A stretch of 64,000 nucleotides of DNA from Lentisphaerales bacterium (GTDB lineage Bacteria; Verrucomicrobiota; Kiritimatiellia; SPBP01). The stretch spans positions 3,944 to 67,943 of the forward strand of contig JAQBFM010000100.1 of assembly GCA_032123355.1 (NCBI GenBank), given 5' to 3'. Below the pieces are notes generated by a model. The model had not been told where the DNA came from. It made no database searches and saw only the letters and a list, made by a program, of their open reading frames with translations. This document shows, in pieces, positions 17,806-28,645 of this stretch (position 1 is the stretch's first letter; each line of letters begins with the position of its first letter). A program made the translations under genes and the position numbers.

Positions 17806-20177
17806 CAGACCTCTTCGTTCTCTGACAACGGCTCGGAAGCCCCATAATCTTCGTCCTCTGAAGACTGTCCCGCATTATCACCGTCAAGATCAATCAGAAT
17901 CTCACGCGGGTCCGAGCCGCGCGGCGGCCCGACTATGCCTCGCTCTTCAAGGATATCCATCATCCGAGCGGCGCGCGTATATCCTATGCGCAGCCTTCTC
18001 TGGAGCGAAGACGTGGATGCCCTGTGGGTCTCCCTGATAATCTGGATTGCCTGCTCCAGCATACCATCGTCTTCGCCGGTATCGATGGACTTGGCCCCCT
18101 TGTGATTGAGAATCTTGTCATGAATCGTCACGTCATAGTTCGACGTACCATTGTCCCTGATAAAGTCGCACACACGTTTGATTTCGGGGTCTGTCACCAT
18201 GGCGCCCTGTGCGCGGATCAGCCGGTTGCTTCCTGCCGGGAGAAACAGCATATCACCGCGACCAAGCAGCTTGTCCGCACCGTTCGCGTCAAGGATAGTA
18301 CGGCTATCCACCCGCTGCGCCACCTGGAAAGCAATCCGCGCCGGGAAGTTCGCCTTGATGGTACCCGTAATGACGTTTACGGATGGTCGTTGCGTGGCCA
18401 GGATCATGTGAATGCCTACTGCACGGGAGAGCTGTGCAAGCCGCGCGATGCAGTTCTCTATATCGGCCTGGGCAACAAGCATGAGGTCGGCAAGTTCGTC
18501 GACACATATGACCACGTAGGGAAGGCGGGGAGGCATTTCTTCGGCGGCATCTGCGCCATCCGCCTCGAACAGCTCCTGTTGCCTCGGGATTGCCCGGCTG
18601 TTGTAACCTTCGATGTTTCGCACTCCCGCCTTTGCGAACAGCTTGTAGCGCTTTTCCATTTCGTTGATTGCCCACCTCAGGCCAATCGCCACCTTATGCG
18701 GATCGGTAATAACTGGAACAACGAGGTGCGGCAACCCGTTATAGGCCGAGAGTTCGACGATCTTCGGATCAACAAGCATGAGCCTGAGCTGGTCCGGCGT
18801 TCTCGACATTAGCAGACCCATCAGGATGGAGTTCATGCAAACCGTTTTTCCCGAACCCGTGGACCCCGCGACAAGCAGGTGCGGCATCCCAGCCAGATCG
18901 GCAATAATATCATGTCCGGCCACATCTTGCCCTAGCACAAGAGGAAGAGCCGCGGTTCCCTTTTCCCATTCCTCACCCTCGAGAATCTCGCGGAGGAATA
19001 CCTTGCTGGTCGTAGTGTTAGGCACCTCGATGCCGACAACGCCCTTGCCCGGAACCGGAGCCTGTACTCTTACGCTTGTTGCCTTGAGCGCCAACGCCAG
19101 ATTATTGCTTAGACCCGCAATTCGTTCGACACGGACCCCGGGTGCCGGCCTCAACTCATAGCGGGTTACGGCAGGGCCCTGGTCAAAGTTCGTGACTTCT
19201 ATTTCAATGCCGAATTCGGACAGCGTCTCTTTCAGAATACGGCTCGTCGTGGTGACATCGCTGCTCATGGCCCGATCCTTTGCAGGCGGCAGGTCATCGA
19301 GTAGATTCAGGCCCGGCAATTCATACTGCGGGCCCTCCTCAGATTCCGGATCGGTACGCCTGGGTGCGGGTTGAGCATTCTTCTCATCTTTCGCCGTCAC
19401 TGGTTCAGTCGGCTCCGATACCGCGGGTTCCGGTGTCGGTGGTGTCTTCACCGGTTTCTGCTTCTTCCTGCGTGCTCGCTTCTCTTCTTTCCGAACGCTC
19501 TCCTCCAAGCGTGATTGTTGCTTCTGGAGCAGGCGCTGCTCCCGCTCTATCTGTTCTTGCTTGCCTCGCCGAGACGCTACCCACTCCGAGATGCGACCGA
19601 GCAGGTACCGTGTTCCCGCAACGCTGAGAGTGTAAAGACGCCTGATCGTTCCGCCGCCGGCCAGCATGACCCCCGAAGCCGCAAGAATCAGCCATGAAAG
19701 TATTTCGGTGCCGGCTGCCCCACTTACGCGTTCCACAAAGAGGCGCCGCGCAATCAGCCGGGCCGGTATCCCACCCGCGTGCGGCATGTTCAGCCGGGCG
19801 CACACCTCCTGCAGCTGTTCCCGCCTGAGTTCCAAAAGGCTCAAGAGAGCACAGGTGAAGAGAAGAGCCCACAGCACTTTGCCAAGCAGACGCGTGTCGG
19901 GTTTCAGCAGGAGGAGCAGGCCGAATGCAGCACACCAGAACGGAACAATCGCGGACCCGCATCCCGTCAGAAGCAGCAGCCCATAGGATGCATACGCGCC
20001 CGCAGGTCCGAAACAATTGCGCGCAGGCTGATTATGCTCCGCACGCAGAGTGGGAATATCGTGCCAATCGTACGTAACGAGACTGAGCAGCAATACGAAT
20101 CCCATTACGAGGAGAATTCCACCCCATGTCTGTCGAAGACCTGTTCGCATGTTACCGTCGACACTCCCCCGTACCAT
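17805..20177 (-). CDS. ftsK: DNA translocase FtsK/SpoIIIE
   Basis: N-terminal 4-TM region, Pro/Glu-rich linker, motor domain with Walker A GSTGSGKTV, and a C-terminal gamma (winged-helix) domain. Confidence 0.9.
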   Translation of the reverse strand: MVRGSVDGNMRTGLRQTWGGILLVMGFVLLLSLVTYDWHDIPTLRAEHNQPARNCFGPAGAYASYGLLLLTGCGSAIVPFWCAAFGLLLLLKPDTRLLGKVLWALLFTCALLSLLELRREQLQEVCARLNMPHAGGIPARLIARRLFVERVSGAAGTEILSWLILAASGVMLAGGGTIRRLYTLSVAGTRYLLGRISEWVASRRGKQEQIEREQRLLQKQQSRLEESVRKEEKRARRKKQKPVKTPPTPEPAVSEPTEPVTAKDEKNAQPAPRRTDPESEEGPQYELPGLNLLDDLPPAKDRAMSSDVTTTSRILKETLSEFGIEIEVTNFDQGPAVTRYELRPAPGVRVERIAGLSNNLALALKATSVRVQAPVPGKGVVGIEVPNTTTSKVFLREILEGEEWEKGTAALPLVLGQDVAGHDIIADLAGMPHLLVAGSTGSGKTVCMNSILMGLLMSRTPDQLRLMLVDPKIVELSAYNGLPHLVVPVITDPHKVAIGLRWAINEMEKRYKLFAKAGVRNIEGYNSRAIPRQQELFEADGADAAEEMPPRLPYVVICVDELADLMLVAQADIENCIARLAQLSRAVGIHMILATQRPSVNVITGTIKANFPARIAFQVAQRVDSRTILDANGADKLLGRGDMLFLPAGSNRLIRAQGAMVTDPEIKRVCDFIRDNGTSNYDVTIHDKILNHKGAKSIDTGEDDGMLEQAIQIIRETHRASTSSLQRRLRIGYTRAARMMDILEERGIVGPPRGSDPREILIDLDGDNAGQSSEDEDYGASEPLSENEEV

Positions 20178-20179
20178 TC

Positions 20180-20800
20180 TCAGTCAAGCCCGCTTTCATC
20201 TTCGGTCACACCCGCCGCTCTCAGGCACCGTCTCAACAGGTTGCCATACTCAGCAAAATTGGAGGCCCCTCGCATCTTCGCTCCCGCAAAGACTATTCGC
20301 GCAATGCGCACCGCCTTATCATGGTTCCCTAGCTGGTAGTGAGCCTCTGCGAGCGTCCCCAGCATGTTGAGATCGCTCGGCTGCGCGAGCACGGCTTCCC
20401 TGGCATACCGAAGACCACGTTTAGGATTTCTGATACTTGGATCCGTGGACTTAATCAGTATCCACGCCAGGTTGTTCTTCACCTCTGGCTTGTCGGGAAA
20501 CTCCTTCTCCAGTTGCTCAAGACGCTCAAGTGCCTCGCGGAATTGACCTGTTTGAATCAACGCCGTTCCAAGCAGAAACTGGCTTTCCTCGTCCTTCGGC
20601 CTGAGTTCTATCGCGCGTCTGAAGATCTTCTCGGCTCGGGCCCAGTCACCCTTGCGAGTAGCGTCCTTGGCGGTCCTCAAGAGCTCAACGAAATCAGGAT
20701 CCTTGCTCTCGCCCCCCTCCGTAGCAATTTGCGCGAGCGCAACCGGCGAGATCAGGATGAGCATGCTTGCAACTGCAACAACTGGGCTACAACGATTCAC
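20180..20800 (-). CDS. Secreted TPR-repeat protein
   Basis: Signal peptide (ASMLILISPVALAQ) followed by 3-4 TPR units. Confidence 0.65.
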   Translation of the reverse strand: MNRCSPVVAVASMLILISPVALAQIATEGGESKDPDFVELLRTAKDATRKGDWARAEKIFRRAIELRPKDEESQFLLGTALIQTGQFREALERLEQLEKEFPDKPEVKNNLAWILIKSTDPSIRNPKRGLRYAREAVLAQPSDLNMLGTLAEAHYQLGNHDKAVRIARIVFAGAKMRGASNFAEYGNLLRRCLRAAGVTEDESGLD

Positions 20801-21773
20801 GAAGCACCACCTTTACCTGCGCGGGTTCTGTAGTTACCAAGACGTTGGCGTCCTTCAATACGTGAACTGTCAGGGGCAGATCATACGTTGCAGACATGTC
20901 TAATCCTATGCAGTCTACGAGTACTTTGAAATCCTCTGCCTTGATCGACTCAAGCTCCTCGGTACTGCCCGACATTACAACGTCGACGGAAACCGGGCGG
21001 ATATCAACACTCACGGGCGCGGTGGATCTCAGCAACGCACCGACGGAAACGCCAGCCCACCGGCGAACCGCCGGCTTTTTCTCAATGGTAACCCTTACCC
21101 GTACTTCCGCAGGCTCAATCTGCGCGCCCCAGTTCTCGCCCGGTGACAAAACACGCACTAGCTTGCTGAACGATTCCGATATCCCGGCTACATCCACATC
21201 TTCGGTCTTGGCAATATATCCGCCGAGCACCAATTCGTTCAGCACCTGTTTGGGCCCTCGAATTATGACATGTGGCGGATCGCACGACATGGACATCACC
21301 TGGCCAACAGCCGGCTTGCCTTTGTACGCAGCCTTACATAGGAACTGACTTTCCATTTCTTCATCCAAGCGGATTGTTACGCTGTCCGGTTTGACCCTGA
21401 TTGCCCTGACCTCGCCGGGGCTCTCAATGTGCTTAGGCTGAATCTCGATGGTCAGTTCCTTCGCAGGGGCCCTCTCCCTGGCATACACGACTGCCCTGAT
21501 CTGGCCGCTGGCCTGCGCCTGTTCCAACCGCTCTATGTCCTGCTGGGCTCCCTTGAAGGTCACCGAAACTTGTCTCTCCGACTGCCATAGAACGGCGATA
21601 CCATCTCTGGCGCGCACTTCGACAGGTACGTCATGGACCACCTTTGTGACGCCGATCACGCCCCTGATCGAGTACCAGACAATAACGGCAAGCAGAAGTG
21701 ACAGAATTTTGATCGACTTGTTCTCGACAAAGAATCTGCCGACAATGGTGTTCTTAATCGACGGCATCAGCAT
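20787..21773 (-). CDS. cdaR: YbbR-like domain protein, CdaR-type regulator of diadenylate cyclase
   Basis: N-terminal TM (ILSLLLAVIVWY) plus tandem YbbR-like beta domains; overlaps the cdaA stop and sits immediately downstream of it, as in cdaA-cdaR operons. Confidence 0.65.
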   Translation of the reverse strand: MLMPSIKNTIVGRFFVENKSIKILSLLLAVIVWYSIRGVIGVTKVVHDVPVEVRARDGIAVLWQSERQVSVTFKGAQQDIERLEQAQASGQIRAVVYARERAPAKELTIEIQPKHIESPGEVRAIRVKPDSVTIRLDEEMESQFLCKAAYKGKPAVGQVMSMSCDPPHVIIRGPKQVLNELVLGGYIAKTEDVDVAGISESFSKLVRVLSPGENWGAQIEPAEVRVRVTIEKKPAVRRWAGVSVGALLRSTAPVSVDIRPVSVDVVMSGSTEELESIKAEDFKVLVDCIGLDMSATYDLPLTVHVLKDANVLVTTEPAQVKVVLRESL

Positions 21774-22605
21774 CCTCCTGTCGCGCCATGTGCTCGGACC
21801 TGGCGATTCCTCCCGGGGTCAGATCCAGTTGCTCTCTGGCGCGATCCCAGGAACTCTTCTGTTTCCGACCTTTGGCGAGAATTCTCGTGAGGAACCTTCT
21901 CAGCCGGTCCGCATCGAGATCCTGGCTCAGTCGACCCCTGAAACCCACAGAAATCGTCCCGGTTTCCTCTGACACGACAACTACCACCGCGTCCGTCTCT
22001 TCCGTAAGACCTATGGCTGCCCTGTGCCTCATTCCGAGTGCCTTGCTCATGTCTGAGCGTTGCGTCAACGGAAACAAGCACCCCGCCGCAACGATTCTGT
22101 CGGCCCGGATTATTACGCCGCCGTCATGCAGGGGAGTATGCGGGAAGAATACGGTAGCAAGCAGGGAGGCCTCAACACGACTATCGAGCTTCGTCCCGGT
22201 TTCCTGGACCGACCTCGTGCCAATCTCCCCTTCTATGGCAATCAGCGCCCCTATCCTGCGTTCGGCAAGCAAGACTACCGCCTGCACGATCTTGTCGACA
22301 GTGTTCTTGTTTGACTCCGGAGCCACGAAAACGTGCTGCTTGCCCAACTCGGCAAGTGCTCGCCTGATCTCCGGCTGGAAGATGATCAGGAACGCGGCCG
22401 CAAGATAGACTGAAAGCCTGCGGAGTAACCAGTTGAGCACCTCCAGGTGCAGGGCCCTGGTTCCAACGAAGAGCACCAGCATGACCAGAATCAAGCCGGT
22501 CAACACCTGCGCGCTGCGCGTCCCCCTGAAAAAGAGAAATACGTAGTAAAACAGGCATGCAAGCAGGACAATCTCAAGCAAACCCATCACAGGGAACGAA
22601 TACAT
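21754..22605 (-). CDS. cdaA: Diadenylate cyclase CdaA (DisA_N/DAC domain)
   Basis: Three N-terminal TM helices followed by a DAC domain (GALIAIEGE, DGGVIIR, HRAAIGLTE, RGT-like). Confidence 0.85.
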   Translation of the reverse strand: MYSFPVMGLLEIVLLACLFYYVFLFFRGTRSAQVLTGLILVMLVLFVGTRALHLEVLNWLLRRLSVYLAAAFLIIFQPEIRRALAELGKQHVFVAPESNKNTVDKIVQAVVLLAERRIGALIAIEGEIGTRSVQETGTKLDSRVEASLLATVFFPHTPLHDGGVIIRADRIVAAGCLFPLTQRSDMSKALGMRHRAAIGLTEETDAVVVVVSEETGTISVGFRGRLSQDLDADRLRRFLTRILAKGRKQKSSWDRAREQLDLTPGGIARSEHMARQEDADAVD

Positions 22606-22707
22606 GCCCGTTCTCCCCTCAAATCACCTTACTCCCCAAGAACATTCACCCATCACACGACAGGCCGACCGCCGAATCTCACCGAACATCCAACTGTCAA
22701 TAACCCA

Positions 22708-23610
22708 CTAGTTCTCACCGGCGCCCGCGAGGGCCGTGACAACCCGTAACGCATCCACCGATTCCCTGACATCGTGGACCCTCACTATGGTCGCACCCAT
22801 TTCCACGGCGAACAACATAGCGGCAACGCTGGACACAAGTCTCTCTCCTGTTCCCCGTCCAGTCAATTTGCCCAAGAAGCTCTTCCTGGAGACGCCGACC
22901 ACAACGGGCCTGCCACACTGCCCTAATCTGCGCAACTGGCGCAACAACAGAAGATTATGTTCAACACTCTTGCCGAACCCTACGCCCGGGTCGACGGCCA
23001 GGCTTTCCTGCTCAAGCCCATCGGCAATCAACGCATCAATCCGCGAACACAGATACTCGAACACCTCTTCGACTACGTTCTCATACCGCGGGTCATTCTG
23101 CATGGTTCCGGGCAAACCCAGCATATGCATAAGGACCAGCCCGGCTCCGCTTTGCCGGGCAACACCCGCCATGCCATCATCGTGTGTTGCTGCCGATACG
23201 TCGTTGATAATATGCGCTCCCTCGGCAACGGCGCATTCGGCAACACTGGCTTTCATTGTGTCGATCGAAACAAGGAACCCGCCTCCCATATCGTTACCGT
23301 CGCGCAACGCATCACTCTCCCGGCAAAGTGCGGCAACCACGGGTTGCACTCGCCGGATTTCTTCTTCGACGGAAACCGGATCCGCGCCCGGCCTGGTCGA
23401 CTCCCCGCCCACATCAATGATATCCGCGCCTTCCTTGACCATTTCTAACCCGCGCTCTACCGCGCGCTCAATATCGAAGAACTTGTTTCCGTCGGAAAAT
23501 GAATCGGGGGTAACATTCAGGATCCCCATAACCAGCGGCCGAAGTCCGCACTCAAGCAAATGATCCCGACAACGCCACTTCACTGCAGAAGGCACTGTGC
23601 CGCCACTCAT
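22708..23610 (-). CDS. folP: Dihydropteroate synthase
   Basis: MGILNVTPDSFSDG and DVGGESTRPG pterin-binding motifs. The likely start (MSGGT...) overlaps the ftsH stop by 1 nt; the longer ORF begins at 23631. Confidence 0.85.
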   Translation of the reverse strand: MSGGTVPSAVKWRCRDHLLECGLRPLVMGILNVTPDSFSDGNKFFDIERAVERGLEMVKEGADIIDVGGESTRPGADPVSVEEEIRRVQPVVAALCRESDALRDGNDMGGGFLVSIDTMKASVAECAVAEGAHIINDVSAATHDDGMAGVARQSGAGLVLMHMLGLPGTMQNDPRYENVVEEVFEYLCSRIDALIADGLEQESLAVDPGVGFGKSVEHNLLLLRQLRRLGQCGRPVVVGVSRKSFLGKLTGRGTGERLVSSVAAMLFAVEMGATIVRVHDVRESVDALRVVTALAGAGEN

Positions 23611-25664
23611 TACTGGTCCCCGGCCGGGCAATCCTCTGCAACGGGCCCTGCAACACCGTCCCGCACAACAGAATCCTGAGCCTGTTCGGTCTGCTCTGCC
23701 TTTCCGTCCCGCTCCTTCTCCATCTTCCTCTCAGCACGTTCGGATTCAGACAGTATGCGGCCAAACTCGGTGATCTCTGCAACATCCGTTGCGTCAAGTG
23801 TCTCGCGCTCAATCAGAAACCCGGCAAGCAGTTCCATCGTCTCTCTCTTCCTGGTCAGAATATCTTTCGCTCTTTGATAGGCTTCCTTCAAAAGATCCGA
23901 GACCTCCTCGTCGATCCTCGTTGCCGTGTTTTCGCTGTAATCTTGCTTGCGGGTCACTTCCCTGCCCAGGAACATCAGTTCGTCGTTCTGGCCGAACGTC
24001 TGTGGACCGAGCGTCTCGCTCATTCCCCACGAGCACACCATCAGCCTTGCGATCCTGGTGGCCTCCTTGAGATCGCTGCTCGCACCAGACGAAATATCTC
24101 CGAAAACAATCTCCTCAGCTACCCGCCCTCCCATGCAGCTGGCAAGGATGCCCTTAAGCTTCATCTTGCCCTCGATGAAGCGGTCTTTTTCAGGCAGTTG
24201 CATGGTTGCCCCCAGGTAAGAGCTGCCGCGCGGAATTATCGTAATCTTGTGAAGCGGCTCACTTTCTTCAACGTTGAGACCGACGATTGCATGACCGGCC
24301 TCATGATGGGCGGTTATCTTCTTTTCGTTCTCGTCCAACACGCGGCTTCTCCGCTCCCTGCCCCACCGGACCTTGTCCCGCGCCTCTTCCAGGTCGGTCA
24401 TCTCGACTGCTACCTTGCCCATCTTCGCCGCCACCAAGGCTGCCTCGTTCAAAAGGGTCTCGAGATCTGCGCCGGAAAATCCCGGGGTGCCGCGTGCAAT
24501 ACCGCGGAACTCCACGTCCTCGCCAATCTTGATCTTCTTGGCATGCATCTTCAGGATGGCCTCCCGCCCATCGAGCATGGGGAGGTCTATGACAATTTGA
24601 CGGTCGAACCGGCCAGGCCTCAGCAGTGCCGGATCGAGAACATCGGGCCGGTTGGTCGCCGCGATAATGATCACGCCTTCGGAAGTCTCAAATCCGTCCA
24701 TTTCCACAAGCAACGCGTTGAGGGTCTGCTCCCGCTCGTCGTGTCCGCCCCCTATGCCGGAGAAACGGCTTCTACCAACAGCATCGATTTCGTCGATGAA
24801 TATGAGGCATGGCGCGTTCTTCTTCCCCTGCTCAAACATGTCCCTTACACGCGAAGCCCCGACTCCCACAAACATTTCCACGAAATCAGATCCGCTGATG
24901 CTGAAGAATGGCACTTCCGCCTGGCCCGCGATGGCCTTGGCCAGAAGTGTCTTTCCGGTTCCCGGTGGCCCCATGAGAAGTACTCCCTTCGGAATACGCC
25001 CTCCGAGTTTCTGGAATCGCTTCGGATCCTTGAGAAATGCGATTATCTCCTGCACTTCCTCCTTGGCTTCATCGATGCCTCCCACGTTCTCAAAGGTAAT
25101 CCTGTTCCTGTCTCGCGAAAGCAGTTTCGCCCGACTGCGGCCAAAGCCCATAACCCCGTGCCCTGCCGAGCGCATCTGTCGAATGAAGAGGAAGTATAGA
25201 ATGGCGAAAAGAAACAGCACCGGTACAATGCCCGAGAGCAGGTCCCAGATGAGCGGGCTTGGCTGAACGTTCTTATACCTGACTTCGTTCTCTCTAAGCA
25301 ATGCCTGAACTTCGTCGCCTTCGTTGATGTTAACCCGGACCTTCATGCTCTGGCCGGTCGCCGCTCCTTCAACCCCCATGATATCGCAGCGAACGTGCAT
25401 TCTCCCTGACACTTCGGAGACTATTTCACAATCGCCTACCCGCTTCTCTTTCACAAAATCAATGAAATCAGGGTGGTATGGAATGTCCTCACGGCCCTGC
25501 TTTGCCCTGGTCCAGACCTGAAATATGGTCAGTACGCCCACAAAGAGAAGTATCCATATCACGAGGCCACGCAGGGGAGAAACAGGATGGCCCTGGGCAT
25601 CCTTCTGCTTTTCGCCGCCGGACGGCGCCTGCTTGCCGTCCCTGTTCAATTCGTTGTCTGCCAT
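23610..25664 (-). CDS. ftsH: ATP-dependent zinc metalloprotease FtsH
   Basis: AAA+ Walker A GPPGTGKT and second region of homology, followed by the HEAGH zinc-protease motif. Confidence 0.95.
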   Translation of the reverse strand: MADNELNRDGKQAPSGGEKQKDAQGHPVSPLRGLVIWILLFVGVLTIFQVWTRAKQGREDIPYHPDFIDFVKEKRVGDCEIVSEVSGRMHVRCDIMGVEGAATGQSMKVRVNINEGDEVQALLRENEVRYKNVQPSPLIWDLLSGIVPVLFLFAILYFLFIRQMRSAGHGVMGFGRSRAKLLSRDRNRITFENVGGIDEAKEEVQEIIAFLKDPKRFQKLGGRIPKGVLLMGPPGTGKTLLAKAIAGQAEVPFFSISGSDFVEMFVGVGASRVRDMFEQGKKNAPCLIFIDEIDAVGRSRFSGIGGGHDEREQTLNALLVEMDGFETSEGVIIIAATNRPDVLDPALLRPGRFDRQIVIDLPMLDGREAILKMHAKKIKIGEDVEFRGIARGTPGFSGADLETLLNEAALVAAKMGKVAVEMTDLEEARDKVRWGRERRSRVLDENEKKITAHHEAGHAIVGLNVEESEPLHKITIIPRGSSYLGATMQLPEKDRFIEGKMKLKGILASCMGGRVAEEIVFGDISSGASSDLKEATRIARLMVCSWGMSETLGPQTFGQNDELMFLGREVTRKQDYSENTATRIDEEVSDLLKEAYQRAKDILTRKRETMELLAGFLIERETLDATDVAEITEFGRILSESERAERKMEKERDGKAEQTEQAQDSVVRDGVAGPVAEDCPAGDQ

Positions 25665-25726
25665 GTGTTCCCGTCCCCACCCGCCGTTCCATCTAAACTA
25701 CTGCACTTCAATATGATTGGCAAATA

Positions 25727-27145
25727 TTATCGGATGCGCTCAACCGCCAGTTGCAGTGCCGGCACATGGTTGTCGCTTACTTCACAGCCAGAGGCAATTC
25801 GGTATCCGGGCAACCAGATGATGTCGGAGCCGCACTCAAAAAGAGGCACCAGTCCGCGTTGTTCGCCAGGCACCTTTGCGTCGACGAGGATATCCTGTAT
25901 CTTCCGAGATCCTTTGAGACCAAGCGGCCTCATTCTGTCCCCCTTCCGCCATGACCGCACGAAGACACCCTTTCGTCCAATGGCGGCCAAGCTGACGGAC
26001 GCTTTGGAAGGCAGGCTGCCGGCGCCCGCCGGTCGCTCCCTTATAATGCCCGGGCGGAGGCTGGCAACAATCCTGAGTCCGGCGTCCGTCACGATGGTCT
26101 CTCCTGGAATCTTCACCCGCAAACGCCGAAAGCGGGCGGGTGTCCCCTTCCCCCCGGACTTCAGTGAGAGAACATCATACTGCCGCACAGCGCGAAGCAA
26201 GCCAGGAACTTGAACGGCCCCGGTCGTTCGCCGGCTGTTGCAGACCAATGCATCTACCCTTTCAACGGCACTGAAATCTATGCTGTCCGGGTCCATACCC
26301 GCGCCGGCAAGCCACAGCCTTATCACCCGACGTCTCGCCGCTACGCCATGCTTTCCGAGAAGAGGAACAGAAATCGACTGCTTCTTCCGAGGACTGCGGC
26401 ATTCTTCAAGTAATGTACGGGCAATCACATCCAGCCAGGCGTCTTCCTCGCGACTTACATTCGCCGTCTTGATAAGCGCCGTCACAATACGCGGATTAAG
26501 CTTCTCTTCAAGAAACGGCAGGACGTCCCGTCTTACACGATTCCTCAAAAACGCCGGATTCCGGTTCGACTCGTCTTCGCGCCACGCGATCTCCCCGGAC
26601 TCCAGGTAGCACCTGAGTTCTGCCCTGCGGGTATCCAGCAACGGTCTTACGACGACTGTTCCCATGATTCCAATTCTGTAGCGAATACCTGTCAGCCCTC
26701 CCGGGCCCGCGCCGCGGGCAAGTTTCAGGAGAACCGTCTCAGCTTGGTCATCCGCCGTGTGCGCAGTAGCAGTCAGGTCGGCACCGACTCGTTTCGCGGT
26801 GCGCGAGAGAAATCTGTATCTTGCTTCGCGGGCAGCCATTTCAAGAGAAACACCCGAGACTCGAGCGCAGCGTGGAACATCGCTGTGTCCACAAATGCAC
26901 CGCAGTTTTAGACCGCGCGCAAGATGCTTCACAAAAGACTCATCCGTGCGGGCTGTTGCACCGCGAATACCGTGATTGAGATGGGCAAGGGTAAGACGAA
27001 TCCGAAGGGTACGTGCAAGCGCGTTAAGAATGTGCAGCAGTCCCACTGAATCTGCACCACCGGACACAGCCACCAGTACATGTTGCCCCGGCCGAATCAG
27101 TTCGTGCTGTCTGATAGTAGTTCGCACCCGGGAGATCGCATTCAT
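25727..27145 (-). CDS. tilS: tRNA(Ile)-lysidine synthetase
   Basis: PP-loop SGGADS in LVAVSGGADSVGLLHIL and a TilS C-terminal domain. Confidence 0.85.
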   Translation of the reverse strand: MNAISRVRTTIRQHELIRPGQHVLVAVSGGADSVGLLHILNALARTLRIRLTLAHLNHGIRGATARTDESFVKHLARGLKLRCICGHSDVPRCARVSGVSLEMAAREARYRFLSRTAKRVGADLTATAHTADDQAETVLLKLARGAGPGGLTGIRYRIGIMGTVVVRPLLDTRRAELRCYLESGEIAWREDESNRNPAFLRNRVRRDVLPFLEEKLNPRIVTALIKTANVSREEDAWLDVIARTLLEECRSPRKKQSISVPLLGKHGVAARRRVIRLWLAGAGMDPDSIDFSAVERVDALVCNSRRTTGAVQVPGLLRAVRQYDVLSLKSGGKGTPARFRRLRVKIPGETIVTDAGLRIVASLRPGIIRERPAGAGSLPSKASVSLAAIGRKGVFVRSWRKGDRMRPLGLKGSRKIQDILVDAKVPGEQRGLVPLFECGSDIIWLPGYRIASGCEVSDNHVPALQLAVERIR

Positions 27146-27149
27146 ACCA

Positions 27150-28454
27150 CTACGTTCCCGATGGGCTGCTGGACACGCCCTCTGCGGGCGGCGGCGTCAA
27201 TTTTGAGATATTGTCCATGTACGGCACGATCGCCGGAGGCAATTCGACCGACCCGTCGGCCTGCTGGTAGTTCTCGAGAATAGCAACCACCAGCCGGGCA
27301 AGCGCCACACCTGAGCCGTTCAAAGTATGAACGAAATCCGGCTTTCCACCGGAGGGCCGGTACCTGATTGACGCTCGCCTCGCCTGGAATGCCTCGAAGT
27401 TACTGCACGACGACACTTCCAGCCAGGCATTCCGACCGGGCGCCCATACCTCGATGTCGTAACATTTTGCTGCAGCGAAACTCATGTCCCCGGCGCACAG
27501 TAGAAGCACGCGATACGACAGACCGAGCTTCTGCAGCACAGCCTCGGCATTCTGCAGAAGTCTTTCAAGCTCGTCGTAAGACGACTCCGGTTCAACAAAC
27601 TTGACCATCTCGACTTTGTCGAACTGGTGCACGCGAAGCAGGCCCCGTGTCTCTTTGCCAGCCGCTCCTGCTTCGCGCCGGAAACAGGGCGTGTAGGCAG
27701 TGAAACACACCGGAAGCGGCTGTTCGATGATTTCTTCGCGGAAGTAGTTCGTCACCGGGACCTCGGCCGTCGGAATCAGGTAGAACCCATCCTGTGTTCG
27801 ATACATGTCGTCCGCCAGCTTGGGAAGCTGCCCGGTGCCGGTCATGGATTTCTCGTTGCACAAGAACGGCGGAGACATCTCGGTGTAGCCGTGTTCTCTT
27901 GTGTGCAGGTCCAGCATGAATCCTATGAGTGCCCTTTCAAGCCGGGCACCGAGACCCAGGTACAGGGGGAAACCTGCGCCGGTCATGCGGGTCGCCCGTG
28001 CGAAATCGAGTATCCCCAGTCGCTCGCCAATCTCAACGTGATCGGAAGGCTTGAACTGGAATTCCCGCTTCTCGCCTACTTCCCGCACTACAACGTTACT
28101 GCCGGCATCCAGGCCCGGTGGCACAGAAGAATGTGGAATATTCGGAACAAGCATGAGCAGCTCCGCGAGACTCAGCTCAACCTGCCGAATCTGCTCGTCC
28201 AGTTCCTTGATCTGATCGCCAAGCGCACGCATGTCCGCCCGGCTGGAACTCGCGTCTTCACCTTTCTTGACAAGAGCCCCGATCTCCTTTGATACCTTGT
28301 TTCTGCGGCTCTTCAGCGCCTCGACCTCAGACAGCAGACCCCGCCGGTTCTTATCAGCCTCGAGAATGGCGTCAATGTCCGCACCGATTCCGCGCGTTGC
28401 CAGAGCGTCTCTAACTTCCCCTTCACGCTCTCGAATAGTCTTGATATCCAACAT
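27150..28454 (-). CDS. serS: Seryl-tRNA synthetase
   Basis: N-terminal coiled-coil arm plus class II aaRS motifs (FRREAG..., GTGQLP). Confidence 0.95.
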   Translation of the reverse strand: MLDIKTIREREGEVRDALATRGIGADIDAILEADKNRRGLLSEVEALKSRRNKVSKEIGALVKKGEDASSSRADMRALGDQIKELDEQIRQVELSLAELLMLVPNIPHSSVPPGLDAGSNVVVREVGEKREFQFKPSDHVEIGERLGILDFARATRMTGAGFPLYLGLGARLERALIGFMLDLHTREHGYTEMSPPFLCNEKSMTGTGQLPKLADDMYRTQDGFYLIPTAEVPVTNYFREEIIEQPLPVCFTAYTPCFRREAGAAGKETRGLLRVHQFDKVEMVKFVEPESSYDELERLLQNAEAVLQKLGLSYRVLLLCAGDMSFAAAKCYDIEVWAPGRNAWLEVSSCSNFEAFQARRASIRYRPSGGKPDFVHTLNGSGVALARLVVAILENYQQADGSVELPPAIVPYMDNISKLTPPPAEGVSSSPSGT

Positions 28455-28645
28455 GGCCGTCTCCAGAATTGCGATTCGAGTGGTATACTAGCCGATGCCT
28501 CAAGATTGCAAAAGCAGAAAACCCTGATGTCGCGGCATTCCGCCACGTGATGGGCTGCAACTGGCCCCGGGCCAGCCCCGATCCTGTCTTGAGGCTGGCT
28601 CTAACAAATTCCGAGCCGGAGACGTCTACAGACACGGAGGTGCAC

